64,000 nucleotides of DNA from Omnitrophica WOR_2 bacterium GWF2_43_52 (GCA_001805445.1 MHGF01000003.1:120429-184428); one strand, 5' to 3'. Shown: positions 8,801-19,411, numbered from the stretch's first letter. Translations and numbers: made by a program. The notes: generated from the sequence alone by a model not told the origin.

Positions 8801-10651
8801 ATGCCTTACGCGCAAATAGCATTTAATTTACCGCTGTATACAACTTTTGACTATGAAATTCCCAAAGAACTGGCCTCAGAGCAGCTTGAAGGCAAGCGGG
8901 TACTTGTTGGATTCGGGAGCCATCATCGCATCGGTATCATTGTAGGCCTCACAGCAAAGCCTTTTGTTGCCAATGTCAAGCCGATACAAAAAATGCTTGA
9001 TGGCCACCCAATCCTCAGCAAAAAACTTTTAGATTTAACACGTCGTGTTTCAGACTACTACTGCAACCCTTGGGGAGAAGCCATAGCTACAGCATTACCT
9101 ATTAAGATACGTAACGGCGAGCCAGTTGTCATCCATGAACCAACGAAAAAAGACAATGGCACAGAGAGTCAAGCACAAACAGTGTATGTGCAGGCACCTA
9201 CCCTTACCCAACGCCTTGTTTATTACTCACAGGTGATAGAGAAAACCGTCAGAGAAGGAAAATCGGTAATATTTTTATCTCCGGAGATACGTGAGGGAGA
9301 CTCTATTTATAACCTGCTCAAAGGCCGCTATGGGGATAGCGTTACGGTTATGCACCGTAAGCAAAAGGCAAAAGAAGAATTAACGGCCTGGCTGCAAGCA
9401 CGAGAGGGACGAATAAGCATCCTCATCGGAACCCGGCCCGCGGTATTCGCGCCTTTCGTAAATCTGGGGCTTATCATCGTTGATGACGAAGATGGCTACG
9501 GATACAAAGAAGAGCAAATGCCTTACTATCATGCCCGCGATGTCGCGCTTATGCGCTCAACCTTGGAAAAATTCAGCCTTATTCTCGGCGGGAAGCTGCC
9601 TTCGTTAGAATCATTGTACGCTATAAGAAAAAAGAAATACGGCTTCATCGATCTCAATGATAACGCGCGCGTTCCTAAGATTACCATTGCTGATATCAGC
9701 CATCGCCGGATCTCACGAAACAAGGCAGGGCTTATTATTTCAAGCGTGGTAGAAGACAAGCTGCAGAAAGCCCTCCAGGCGCAAAAAAAAATCATTCTTT
9801 TTGTCAATCGTAAAGGGTTTGCCAGTATAGCGCTCTGCCAGAAATGCGGTTTTGTGCTTAGTTGTGAGGCCTGCAGCTCCAGGCTCATATTTCATTTTGA
9901 CGAAAAGAAACTTATCTGCCACTCCTGCGGTAAAAAGAAAGAACCGTACGCGCTTTGCCCGCACTGTAACTCTCATTATATAAGTTACATGGGTTTTGGC
10001 ACAGAAAAAGTGCTCAGCCACTTTAGCCTTATGTTTCCGCAGGCTCGTATCAGGAGCCTGGATAAAAACCACCCAGACTCCTTAGAAAATCCAGATATCC
10101 TTATTGCCACCGAGATGCTTTTTCACCAAGAGCAAAACACACACGCGGATATCGTTGTTGCCCTTGATCTTGACAGCGCCTTACAGATAGTTAATTTTAG
10201 AAGCAATGAGAAATTATATGGGCTCCTGTACCGGCTCAGGGCCATAGCCAAGGATGAGCTTATCTTGCAAACAAGAATGGCTGAATACTACCAACGCAAG
10301 GAACTCCTTACCCTTGACCTAGAAAAACTTTTCACAGCGGAATTAAAGGAAAGAAAACTCCTTAACCTTCCGCCTTATACGCATCTGGCCATCATCACGG
10401 TAAGGGGTAAAGACGCCGAGCGCGCCAAAACCATCGCGCAAAGGATATTTGACATCATGCGGCAACCGGGGAAAAAAATGGAGTTGTTTGAGCCGCGAGA
10501 GGCGACGCCGTTTAAGCTGCGCGGCAATTTTCGTTTTACCATACTTATTAAAATGAAAAATCCCCTGGCTGTAAGCGGCTTCCTGAAAACACGATTAAAA
10601 AAAATAAAATCTTCGGGGGCTTTTGTAAGTGTTGATGTCGACCCCCAATAA
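8801..10651 (+). CDS. priA: Primosomal protein N' (PriA) with degenerate helicase motifs
   Basis: N-terminal 3'-DNA-binding domain, GTRPAVFAPF, PYYHARD, NRKGFA and four CxxC; upstream of fmt. Confidence 0.88.
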   Translation: MPYAQIAFNLPLYTTFDYEIPKELASEQLEGKRVLVGFGSHHRIGIIVGLTAKPFVANVKPIQKMLDGHPILSKKLLDLTRRVSDYYCNPWGEAIATALPIKIRNGEPVVIHEPTKKDNGTESQAQTVYVQAPTLTQRLVYYSQVIEKTVREGKSVIFLSPEIREGDSIYNLLKGRYGDSVTVMHRKQKAKEELTAWLQAREGRISILIGTRPAVFAPFVNLGLIIVDDEDGYGYKEEQMPYYHARDVALMRSTLEKFSLILGGKLPSLESLYAIRKKKYGFIDLNDNARVPKITIADISHRRISRNKAGLIISSVVEDKLQKALQAQKKIILFVNRKGFASIALCQKCGFVLSCEACSSRLIFHFDEKKLICHSCGKKKEPYALCPHCNSHYISYMGFGTEKVLSHFSLMFPQARIRSLDKNHPDSLENPDILIATEMLFHQEQNTHADIVVALDLDSALQIVNFRSNEKLYGLLYRLRAIAKDELILQTRMAEYYQRKELLTLDLEKLFTAELKERKLLNLPPYTHLAIITVRGKDAERAKTIAQRIFDIMRQPGKKMELFEPREATPFKLRGNFRFTILIKMKNPLAVSGFLKTRLKKIKSSGAFVSVDVDPQ

Positions 10652-10675
10652 CCACCAGAGATAAGACAACAAACC

Positions 10676-11602
10676 ATGAACATAGTTTTTTTTGGCAGCT
10701 CTCAATTCGCGGTACAAAGCCTTGAAGCCTTAGTAAAAGCCGGCCATACCATTAGCCTTGTGGTAACCCGGCCTGACAAGCCCAAAGGAAGGCGCTTATT
10801 CATACACCCTACTGAGGTAGCCTTAAAGGCCAAGGCCTTAGGCTTGGCTATTTTTCAGCCCGACAATCCGAATACTCCTGAGGCACTTGAATGGCTCAAA
10901 AAAACGCCCGCGGATTTATACGTCGTGGCTTCATATGGCCATATCCTTAACCAGGATATCTTAAACCTGCCCAGGCTCATGGCTCTTAATATCCACGCCT
11001 CATTACTGCCAAAATACAGAGGAGCCGCTCCTATTCATTGGGCGATCATTAAGGGAGAAAAAGAAACAGGAATCAGCATTATCAAAATGATTCCCCGCAT
11101 GGATGCCGGAGATATTCTGCTAGAAAAGAAAATCAACATTGAAAATACTGATACCGCGCAAAGCTTAAGCGAAAAATTAGAGGCCTTAGCAAGCGAGGCT
11201 ATTCTAGAAGCAGTGAAGCTTTTAGAAGATAAACAACTCACGTTCATCAAGCAGGATGAAACTCAGGTAACGTATGCTCCTAAATTGCAGAAAGAACACT
11301 GCCTTATCAATTGGAATAACGACGCCACTACTATCGCGCATCAAATACGGGGGCTTTCCCCGTCGCCGGCAGCCTATACCTACCGCAAAGGAAAGATGAT
11401 AAAGATTTTCGCGGCCAAAGCACTTGACTATCTGGAAACCAAACCTGCCATTGTCTTAGCCGTAAGCAAGAAAATAATCCTCATAGGCTGCAAAGAGGGC
11501 GCGGTTGAGCTCTTTGAGCTACAAATGGAAAATGGAAAACGAATGTCGGTAGAGGCATTTTCCTGCGGCTATAAAATCCATCCCGGTGAACAATGGGGAT
11601 AA
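10676..11602 (+). CDS. fmt: Methionyl-tRNA formyltransferase
   Basis: VTRPDKPKGR, NIHASLLPKYRGAAPI, MDAGD. Confidence 0.96.
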   Translation: MNIVFFGSSQFAVQSLEALVKAGHTISLVVTRPDKPKGRRLFIHPTEVALKAKALGLAIFQPDNPNTPEALEWLKKTPADLYVVASYGHILNQDILNLPRLMALNIHASLLPKYRGAAPIHWAIIKGEKETGISIIKMIPRMDAGDILLEKKINIENTDTAQSLSEKLEALASEAILEAVKLLEDKQLTFIKQDETQVTYAPKLQKEHCLINWNNDATTIAHQIRGLSPSPAAYTYRKGKMIKIFAAKALDYLETKPAIVLAVSKKIILIGCKEGAVELFELQMENGKRMSVEAFSCGYKIHPGEQWG

Positions 11603-11625
11603 CCGGTCAGTTATCAGGAACCAAA

Positions 11626-11669
11626 GAAAACGGGTCCTGTCCCCGCCTGCGGCGGGGCCACCCATTTTC
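11626..11669. repeat. GC-rich REP-like hairpin after fmt, possible terminator
   Basis: gaaaacgggt...ccccgcctgcggcgggg...acccattttc nested inverted repeats. Confidence 0.5.
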
Positions 11670-11708
11670 CCCATTCACTAACGCATTATCAATGGGGTTA
11701 AAATTTCC

Positions 11709-11736
11709 TTGCAGAAAATCACCGCTATGTTATAAT
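11709..11736 (+). promoter_or_regulatory. Putative sigma70 promoter for the galT pair
   Basis: TTGCAG-16 nt-TATAAT with extended -10 TGn, 9 nt before the ATG; no SD. Confidence 0.55.
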
Positions 11737-11745
11737 TGAAAAACT

Positions 11746-12765
11746 ATGCCTGAATTAAGAAAAGACCCCATTATCGGTAGATGGGTCATTATAGCAACTG
11801 AACGTTCAAAAAGGCCTGACGAGCTAAGCTCCAAAGCAAATGGCTCGCCTGACGGGGAGTGCCCCTTTTGTGAAACGAAGGAGGCCAAGACCCCGGGTGA
11901 AATATTTGCCATCCGTAAAAATAACCAGCCTAATACCCCGGGATGGCAGGTACGAGCCATTCCGAGTGTCGCCCCTTTTTTACGTATTGAAGGCGATTCC
12001 GACCGCCGCGGCCATGGCCTTTATGATGTCATGAACAGTATCGGCGCGCATGAAGTTATCGTAGAGACACCCCAGCATATAGATAATATCGCTGATCTGG
12101 CGACAGAGCAGATTGCAAGCGTCTTTTACGCTTACCGGGAACGGATGATGGATTTAGAAAAAGACCAGAGGTTTAAATATGTCCTTGTCTTCAAAAATCA
12201 CGGCTGGAGCGCTGGCGGCGGGAAGGAAAAGCATTCGCGCTCACAGCTCATCGCCACACCGATAACCCCGATGCGGGTAAAAGAAGAACTTATCGGCTCG
12301 CGCCAATACTACGACTATCATGAACGCTGTATCTTTTGCGATATTATACGCCAGGAAACACAACAGAAAGAACGCGTAGTCTGTGATATGGATGGTTTTG
12401 TAGCGGTAGCGCCTTTCGCGTCACGTTTTCCTTTTGAAGTCTGGATTTTACCCAAAAAACATTCCAGTGATTTTACCAAATGCGACGATCAACACCGCGT
12501 AGATTTGGCAAGAATTCTTAAGCAGGTATTGCTTAAACTGAAGAAAGCCTTAGACGATCCGCCGTATAACTATATTATCCATACCGCGCCTTTTCGCAGG
12601 GAAAAACGCGGTTACTGGAAAACCGTTAATCAGGATTATCATTGGCATATTGAAATTATGCCGCGCATTACACGGGTTGCGGGGTTTGAATGGGGAAGCG
12701 GTTTTTACATTTGCCCTATCCCCCCGGAAGACGCGGCACGATTTTTAAGGGAAACTGAAATATAA
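11746..12765 (+). CDS. GalT-family nucleotidyltransferase paralog, catalytic HxH altered to HSR
   Basis: ELRKDP..WVIIA.ER, CPFC, CIFCD, HWHIEIMPR, AGFEWGSG; KHSRSQ at the active-site motif. Confidence 0.88.
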   Translation: MPELRKDPIIGRWVIIATERSKRPDELSSKANGSPDGECPFCETKEAKTPGEIFAIRKNNQPNTPGWQVRAIPSVAPFLRIEGDSDRRGHGLYDVMNSIGAHEVIVETPQHIDNIADLATEQIASVFYAYRERMMDLEKDQRFKYVLVFKNHGWSAGGGKEKHSRSQLIATPITPMRVKEELIGSRQYYDYHERCIFCDIIRQETQQKERVVCDMDGFVAVAPFASRFPFEVWILPKKHSSDFTKCDDQHRVDLARILKQVLLKLKKALDDPPYNYIIHTAPFRREKRGYWKTVNQDYHWHIEIMPRITRVAGFEWGSGFYICPIPPEDAARFLRETEI

Positions 12766-13757
12766 TGTCAGAACTAAGACGAGATCCTATCATTGAACGC
12801 TGGGTAATCGTGGATACGGACAACCCCACCAAACCGGAAGACTTTGAAAAAGAAGAAATAGTCTATCGTACAGGAGATTGCCCTTTTTGCTACGGCAACG
12901 AAGCAACCACCCCTCATGAGGTAGAGGTCATCCGCGACCCCGCCACGCACCCTAACAAGCCCGGATGGCAGGTAAGGGTAGTACCCAACAAGTTCCCTGC
13001 CCTGCAAATCGAAGGCGAAATAGAACGCCGAGGTGTCGGCTTATATGATATGTCAAACGGCATCGGCGCTCATGAGATTATCATCCAAACCCCCTACCAT
13101 CATAAGGAAATTCCTGACCTGGAAGACTACGAGGTGGAAAACGTCATCGCTATGTATTGCCGGAGGATGAACGATTTACATAAAGATACCCGTTTTAAAT
13201 ATATCCTTCTCTTTAAAAATTACGGCCCTTCCGCGGGGGCATCGCTTGAGCATCCGCATACCCAGCTTATCGCCCTGCCGATGATACCCAAAAACGTCCA
13301 GGAAGAATTAGACGGCGCTTATAAGTATTTTGAGTACCGCGAACGCTGTATTTTTTGTGATATCATCCGCCAGGAGCTGCAGGAAAAGGAGAGAATCATC
13401 TTTGAAAGTAAATACTTTATCGCCTTTTGCCCTTTTATCTCAAAATTCCCCTTTGAGGTCTGGATTATCCCCAAAAAGCATCAAGAGGCTTACTGCATGA
13501 TGAACCAGGAACAGATCCAGGAATTGGCGAAAATGCTTAAAAATACTTTACAAAGAATAAAAGATGTGCTATATAATCCAGCTTACAACTTTATCGTGCA
13601 TACCTCGCCGATAAATGTGGAGCATCGGGAAGGCTATCACTGGCACATAGAGATAATGCCTAAACTGACCCGGGTCGCCGGCTTTGAATGGGGGACAGGT
13701 TTTTACGTTGTGCCGACGCCTCCGGAAGTAGCGGCGAAGTACCTGAAGCAATCGTAA
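12765..13757 (+). CDS. galT: Galactose-1-phosphate uridylyltransferase family (GalT/ADP-glucose phosphorylase-like)
   Basis: VVPNKFPAL, AGASLEHPHTQ intact, CIFCD, AGFEWGTG. Confidence 0.9.
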   Translation: MSELRRDPIIERWVIVDTDNPTKPEDFEKEEIVYRTGDCPFCYGNEATTPHEVEVIRDPATHPNKPGWQVRVVPNKFPALQIEGEIERRGVGLYDMSNGIGAHEIIIQTPYHHKEIPDLEDYEVENVIAMYCRRMNDLHKDTRFKYILLFKNYGPSAGASLEHPHTQLIALPMIPKNVQEELDGAYKYFEYRERCIFCDIIRQELQEKERIIFESKYFIAFCPFISKFPFEVWIIPKKHQEAYCMMNQEQIQELAKMLKNTLQRIKDVLYNPAYNFIVHTSPINVEHREGYHWHIEIMPKLTRVAGFEWGTGFYVVPTPPEVAAKYLKQS

Positions 13758-13781
13758 ATAAGAAGGAAATGATAATTGTTG

Positions 13782-13844
13782 CGTGTACCGTTAACCGTGT
13801 ACCGCTCACCGTAACGGTAAACTGTCAGCGGTAAACGGTAAACG
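13782..13844. repeat. Inverted array of 7-bp units (CGTKWAC / GTAAACG)
   Basis: cgtgtac cgttaac cgtgtac cgctcac cgt..acg gtaaact gtcagcg gtaaacg gtaaacg. Confidence 0.75.
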
Positions 13845-13859
13845 AAACAGTAGCTTTAA

Positions 13860-14885
<1,026 letters not shown>

Positions 14886-14895
14886 AAATGCGTTA

Positions 14896-14931
14896 TCAAG
14901 GCTAAGCCTCGTTAACGAGGCTTAGCCTTGA
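14896..14931. repeat. Perfect 36-bp palindrome, REP-like (AGGC-N3-GCCT family)
   Basis: tcaaggctaagcctcgttaacgaggcttagccttga. Confidence 0.85.
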
Positions 14932-14942
14932 ACATACTTCAA

Positions 14943-16127
14943 ATGAATAAACTGACAGTAAAAGATGTGCCGCTGTGCGGGAAAAAAGTCTTAGTCCGCT
15001 GTGATTTTAACGTGCCGCAAGACACTAGCTTAGCCATCACCGATGATACCCGTATTCGCGCATCGTTACCGACAATCAATTATATTTTAGAAAAGCAGCC
15101 TGCCCAAATTATACTCATGAGCCATTTAGGCAGGCCTGACGGCCAGCCGGTCGCAAAATACAGCCTTAAACCTGTTCAAGAAAGGCTCGAGCAACTACTC
15201 AAGCAAAAAGTAAAAATGCTCAGCGATTGTATCGGCCAGGGGATTAAGGATGAAATCGCGGCGTCAAACGAAAAGATTGTTTTATTAGAGAATCTGCGCT
15301 TTCACGCTGAAGAAGAAAAAAATGACGCGGCATTTTCAAAGGCATTAGCGAGTGTAGCCGATATTTATGTCAACGACGCCTTCGGTACCGCGCATAGAGC
15401 GCACGCCTCGACAGAGGGAGTGGCTCACTACCTGACCTCGGTATCAGGGCTCCTGCTGGAGAAAGAAATCACCTATCTTGGCGCGGCCTTGGAAAAGCCG
15501 AAGAAACCCTTTATTGTTATTTTAGGAGGGTCTAAGGTTTCCGATAAAATCGGAGTGATTGAAAACCTCCTGCCCAAAGCCGACGCGATTATTATTGGAG
15601 GCGGCATGGCCTATACCTTTTTAAAGGCACAAGGCAAAAAAATAGGAAACTCAAAATTAGAAAAAGAGAAATTAGAGATCGCCAAAGAAATTTTAGTAAA
15701 AGCGCAAAAACAAAATGTCACTCTATCCTTACCCATAGATAATGTCATCACTGACAAGATAGAACCAGGTTCAACCGTACAAATAACAGGTGAAGATATC
15801 CCTGATGGCTTCATTGGGGTTGATATAGGCCCCAAAACAATCCAGGCATATTGCGACAGCCTTAAAAAAGCCCAAACGGTAGTCTGGAACGGCCCGTTAG
15901 GGATTTTTGAAATTGACGCCTTCGCCAACGGAACAAAAGAAATCGCGAAGTGCCTCGCGGGGCTTAAGGCAACAACCATTATCGGCGGTGGAGATACCGC
16001 GGCGGCAGTGGCAAAATTTGGTTTAGAAAATAAAATGACCCATATTTCAACCGGAGGAGGGGCATCGCTAGAATTTCTTGAAGGCAAGACCCTTCCCGGG
16101 ATAGCAGCGTTAACTGATAAAAAATAA
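14943..16127 (+). CDS. pgk: Phosphoglycerate kinase
   Basis: RCDFNVP, SHLGRP, NDAFGTAHRAHAS, STGGGASLEFLEG. Confidence 0.98.
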   Translation: MNKLTVKDVPLCGKKVLVRCDFNVPQDTSLAITDDTRIRASLPTINYILEKQPAQIILMSHLGRPDGQPVAKYSLKPVQERLEQLLKQKVKMLSDCIGQGIKDEIAASNEKIVLLENLRFHAEEEKNDAAFSKALASVADIYVNDAFGTAHRAHASTEGVAHYLTSVSGLLLEKEITYLGAALEKPKKPFIVILGGSKVSDKIGVIENLLPKADAIIIGGGMAYTFLKAQGKKIGNSKLEKEKLEIAKEILVKAQKQNVTLSLPIDNVITDKIEPGSTVQITGEDIPDGFIGVDIGPKTIQAYCDSLKKAQTVVWNGPLGIFEIDAFANGTKEIAKCLAGLKATTIIGGGDTAAAVAKFGLENKMTHISTGGGASLEFLEGKTLPGIAALTDKK

Positions 16128-16137
16128 AAGCAGAAAA

Positions 16138-16899
16138 ATGCGCAGGCCCATAATTGCCGGAAATTGGAAGATGTATAAAACCCTTAAGGAGGGCCAAGAT
16201 TTAGTCACTATCCTAAAGAGAGACCTCTATGATATAGAAGCGGTAGACATTGTGGTATGCCCGCCATTTACTTTACTTACCTATATCGCGGATATGCTTG
16301 AAGCAAGCACTATCGGATTGTCTGCCCAGGATCTCTTTTGGGAAGATGAGGGGGCATATACGGGTGAAATCTCAGGAAAAATGCTCAAAGATGCCGGCTG
16401 CAGCTATTGCCTGATAGGCCACTCCGAGCGCCGCCAATTCTTCGGAGAAACTGACGAAACGGTAAGCAAAAAGGTTTTCGCGGCGTTAAAAAACGGTTTA
16501 ACTCCGATAGTCTGTATCGGAGAAAACCTGTTGGATAGAGAGAAAAGCCTTACGTTTGAACGTATCAAGAGTCAACTTGATAAAGGCTTGCAAGGATTAA
16601 CAAAACTCGACGCGGAAAAAATAATTCTTGCCTATGAACCGGTATGGGCAATAGGAACTGGAAAAGTAGCCACTCCCGAACAGGCGCAAGAAGTACACCA
16701 CTACATTAGAAGCTGGTTAACACAGCACTATGGCGATGATACCGCAAGCAGCATACGCATTCAATACGGCGGCTCAGTCAAGCCGGAAAATATAGCCGGA
16801 CTTATGGCTCAAGGCGACATTGATGGAGCACTCGTAGGTGGAGCCAGCCTCAAGGCAGATGTTTTCTCTTGCCTCGTACGCAACACTTTGAAAGGATAA
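16138..16899 (+). CDS. tpiA: Triosephosphate isomerase
   Basis: AGNWKM, GHSERR, AYEPVWAIGTG, YGGSVKP. Confidence 0.98.
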   Translation: MRRPIIAGNWKMYKTLKEGQDLVTILKRDLYDIEAVDIVVCPPFTLLTYIADMLEASTIGLSAQDLFWEDEGAYTGEISGKMLKDAGCSYCLIGHSERRQFFGETDETVSKKVFAALKNGLTPIVCIGENLLDREKSLTFERIKSQLDKGLQGLTKLDAEKIILAYEPVWAIGTGKVATPEQAQEVHHYIRSWLTQHYGDDTASSIRIQYGGSVKPENIAGLMAQGDIDGALVGGASLKADVFSCLVRNTLKG

Positions 16900-16902
16900 C
16901 TC

Positions 16903-17307
16903 ATGTTATATAGTATTTTTATTTACCTTCACGTCATTGTATGTATAGGGTTGATCGCCATTGTCTTAGTTCAGGCTGGCAGAGGCGGGGGCTTATCCGA
17001 GACCTTTTCAGGGGCCGAGTCAATTTTCGGTACCAAGACCAATGCCATGCTTACTAAAGCAACAGCACTATTTGCCATTATTTTCTTCATTACCTGCTTA
17101 TCCCTAGCCCTCATCTCTAAGCAGCGTTCACAATCGCTTATTGAGGGAAAGAAAATCCCTGTAAAACCTCAAACAAACACTTCCCAGACACACGATACTG
17201 CGCAAGAAACTAAAAACCCAGAAAACCCTCCATCAAACCAAACTCAGACACAATCACCTCCAGCAAATACAACCCAAAAAGTACCCGAGCAAAAAGAACA
17301 AAAATAA
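16903..17307 (+). CDS. secG: Preprotein translocase subunit SecG
   Basis: Two TMs with LVQAGRGGGLS..FG loop, L.KAT; follows tpiA; polar tail. Confidence 0.92.
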   Translation: MLYSIFIYLHVIVCIGLIAIVLVQAGRGGGLSETFSGAESIFGTKTNAMLTKATALFAIIFFITCLSLALISKQRSQSLIEGKKIPVKPQTNTSQTHDTAQETKNPENPPSNQTQTQSPPANTTQKVPEQKEQK

Positions 17308-17318
17308 AGTTTTAAGCC

Positions 17319-18989
17319 ATGCCGCGCAAACTAGTACACCGTAAAGTTAGACTTTGTGAGTATGACGGTGTACTCAAGGGGGTGCGGGGCAAAAGCCTTG
17401 CGCTACTCACCGCTCTCCTGGGGCCGATGTGTATCATAACCTCTTGTTGCTTTGCTCAGGATTATGGCGACGCGCTTGTCGCGGGCTCTATCAGTGATGC
17501 CCGGACATTAATCCCTATTTTGGCTTCGGATTCAGCATCCGCGGATGTCTGCGGCCTGCTCTATAACGGCTTGGTCAAATATGACAAGGATATCAACCTC
17601 ATCGGTGATTTAGCGGAATCCTGGGAAATCAAAAATGAAGGGCTGACGATTATTTTTCACCTGCGTAAAGGCATTCGCTGGCATGACGGCAGTCCTTTTA
17701 CAGCGGCAGATGTCGCGTTTACCTATCAGAAATTAATCGATCCCTTGGTGCGCACCCCCTACTCTGGGGACTTTTTAAAAGTCAAATCTTTGGAAATTAT
17801 CGATGATTACACCGTAGGTGTCAGCTATAGCGAACCATTTGCTCCCGGGCTCGCCAGCTGGGGAATGCCGATTATGCCCCTGCACCTTTTAGAGAAAGAA
17901 GATCTTCAGGCGACTTCCTACGCGCGTCAACCTATCGGTACAGGCCCTTATAAACTCAAAGCCTGGAAATCACAGGAAAGGGTGGAATTGGTAAGCAATA
18001 AAAACTATTTTGAGAAATCCCCCTATCTTAGCCGTTACATCTTCAAAGTGATCCCCGATGAGGCAACCTTATTTTTAGAATTACAGGCGCAGACTATTGA
18101 TTTTAGCGGCCTCAGTTCCCTGCAATACAAAAAACAGACGGACACCAAATTTTTTAAGGACAATTACCAGAAATTCCGATTAGAATCATTTGGCTACACC
18201 TATCTTGGCTACAATCTGTCGCATCCTTTCTTTAAAGATAAGCGAATCCGCCAGGCCCTCAATTACGCGGTAAACAAAAATGAAATTATTCAAGGGGTAT
18301 TACTAGGCTTAGGCCGAATGTGCACAGGCCCTTTTGTCCCTGAATCCTGGGCCTACAATAAGGAGATAACCCCCGCGCCATACTCTCCCGAGAAGGCAAA
18401 AGAAATTTTATCAGCATGCGGCTGGAGAGACCACAACGGCGATGGTATTTTAGATAAGGAAGGGGCTGCCTTTGAATTTACCATTATTACTAACCAGGGA
18501 AACCTTGAGCGCCAGCGCGCCGCGGAAATTATACAGTCCCACCTTAAGAATATCGGAATAAAAGTAAAAATAAAGATAGTCGAGTGGTCGGCATTCCTTT
18601 CGGAGTATATTGACAAGCGGCATTTTGACGCGGCCCTTCTTGGCTGGTCGCTGGGAAGGGAGCCTGACTGCTACGATATTTGGCATTCCTCAAAAACAAA
18701 AGAAGGTGAGTTCAATTTTATCAGCTATAAAAATAGCGAGGTTGACCGATTGCTCGATGAAGGGCGCAAAACCTTTGACCAAAATAAAAGAAAGGAAATT
18801 TACCAGGAAATCCACAGCATACTTTATGATGAACAACCTTACATGTTTCTTTATATACCGGACAGCCTGCCGATTATCTCAAAGCGTTTCCAGGGGATAA
18901 AGCCCGCTCCTGTCGGGATAAGCTACAATCTCATAGACTGGTGGGTGCCCAAGGAAAAACAGCGCTACAGGTCTGTGATAGAGCAATAA
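17319..18989 (+). CDS. ABC transporter peptide-binding protein (SBP family 5, AppA-like)
   Basis: DLAESWE, FHLRKGIRWHDG.PFTAADV, PIGTGPY, RQALNYAVN; N-terminus overlaps a repeat, so start uncertain. Confidence 0.9.
   Translation: MPRKLVHRKVRLCEYDGVLKGVRGKSLALLTALLGPMCIITSCCFAQDYGDALVAGSISDARTLIPILASDSASADVCGLLYNGLVKYDKDINLIGDLAESWEIKNEGLTIIFHLRKGIRWHDGSPFTAADVAFTYQKLIDPLVRTPYSGDFLKVKSLEIIDDYTVGVSYSEPFAPGLASWGMPIMPLHLLEKEDLQATSYARQPIGTGPYKLKAWKSQERVELVSNKNYFEKSPYLSRYIFKVIPDEATLFLELQAQTIDFSGLSSLQYKKQTDTKFFKDNYQKFRLESFGYTYLGYNLSHPFFKDKRIRQALNYAVNKNEIIQGVLLGLGRMCTGPFVPESWAYNKEITPAPYSPEKAKEILSACGWRDHNGDGILDKEGAAFEFTIITNQGNLERQRAAEIIQSHLKNIGIKVKIKIVEWSAFLSEYIDKRHFDAALLGWSLGREPDCYDIWHSSKTKEGEFNFISYKNSEVDRLLDEGRKTFDQNKRKEIYQEIHSILYDEQPYMFLYIPDSLPIISKRFQGIKPAPVGISYNLIDWWVPKEKQRYRSVIEQ
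17331..17375. mobile_element. Short CTAGTACACCGT-type inverted-repeat element
   Basis: ctagtacaccgtaa...tgacggtgtact; near copy at 36495-36540. Confidence 0.65.
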
Positions 18990-18991
18990 AC

Positions 18992-19170
18992 CTAGTACAG
19001 CGTGACATTAGTTATTAACAATGTTTTATCGTGTCAGGATATAAAGCGCGCGTGCCCTGACAAGGTTATGTTTTCGCATGGACGTTCGGCATGTTCAAAC
19101 ACAATCTTGCCACCCCCGCTGGCAAGGTGAAGCCTTGTAGATAGTAAAAATTTATGTTACAGCGCACTAG
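18992..19170. mobile_element. MITE with CTAG ends, copy 1
   Basis: ctagtacagcgtgacat ... atgttacagcgcactag imperfect terminal inverted repeats. Confidence 0.7.
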
Positions 19171-19312
19171 TACACTGTAACAAAAGTTTTTAACTCTTCC
19201 CCTCCCTTGATGGGAGGGGTTAGGGGAGGGAAATGCCCGACTAATATCACCCCCACCTATCCTCCCCCATTAAGGGGGAGGAAATTCAATAACTTATGTT
19301 ACATTGTACTAG
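19167..19312. mobile_element. MITE with CTAG ends, copy 2, carrying a CCCTCCC/GGGAGGG REP-like doublet
   Basis: ctagtacactgtaacaaaagtt ... aacttatgttacattgtactag; shares its CTAG with copy 1. Confidence 0.75.
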
Positions 19313-19325
19313 AATTAAATATCTA

Positions 19326-19354
19326 TTGACAATACTGACAAAATAAGTTATACT
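19326..19354 (+). promoter_or_regulatory. Sigma70 promoter for guaB3-guaA
   Basis: TTGACA-17 nt-TATACT. Confidence 0.7.
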
Positions 19355-19411
19355 CATACACCAACAAAAAATACTATAACTTCTTGAAGAATAACAAGAT
19401 AGCGAGGAACA

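Noticed and set aside
19321-19411. Purine riboswitch before guaB3-guaA
   Set aside because: Leader after the promoter is only ~50 nt and lacks the aptamer core
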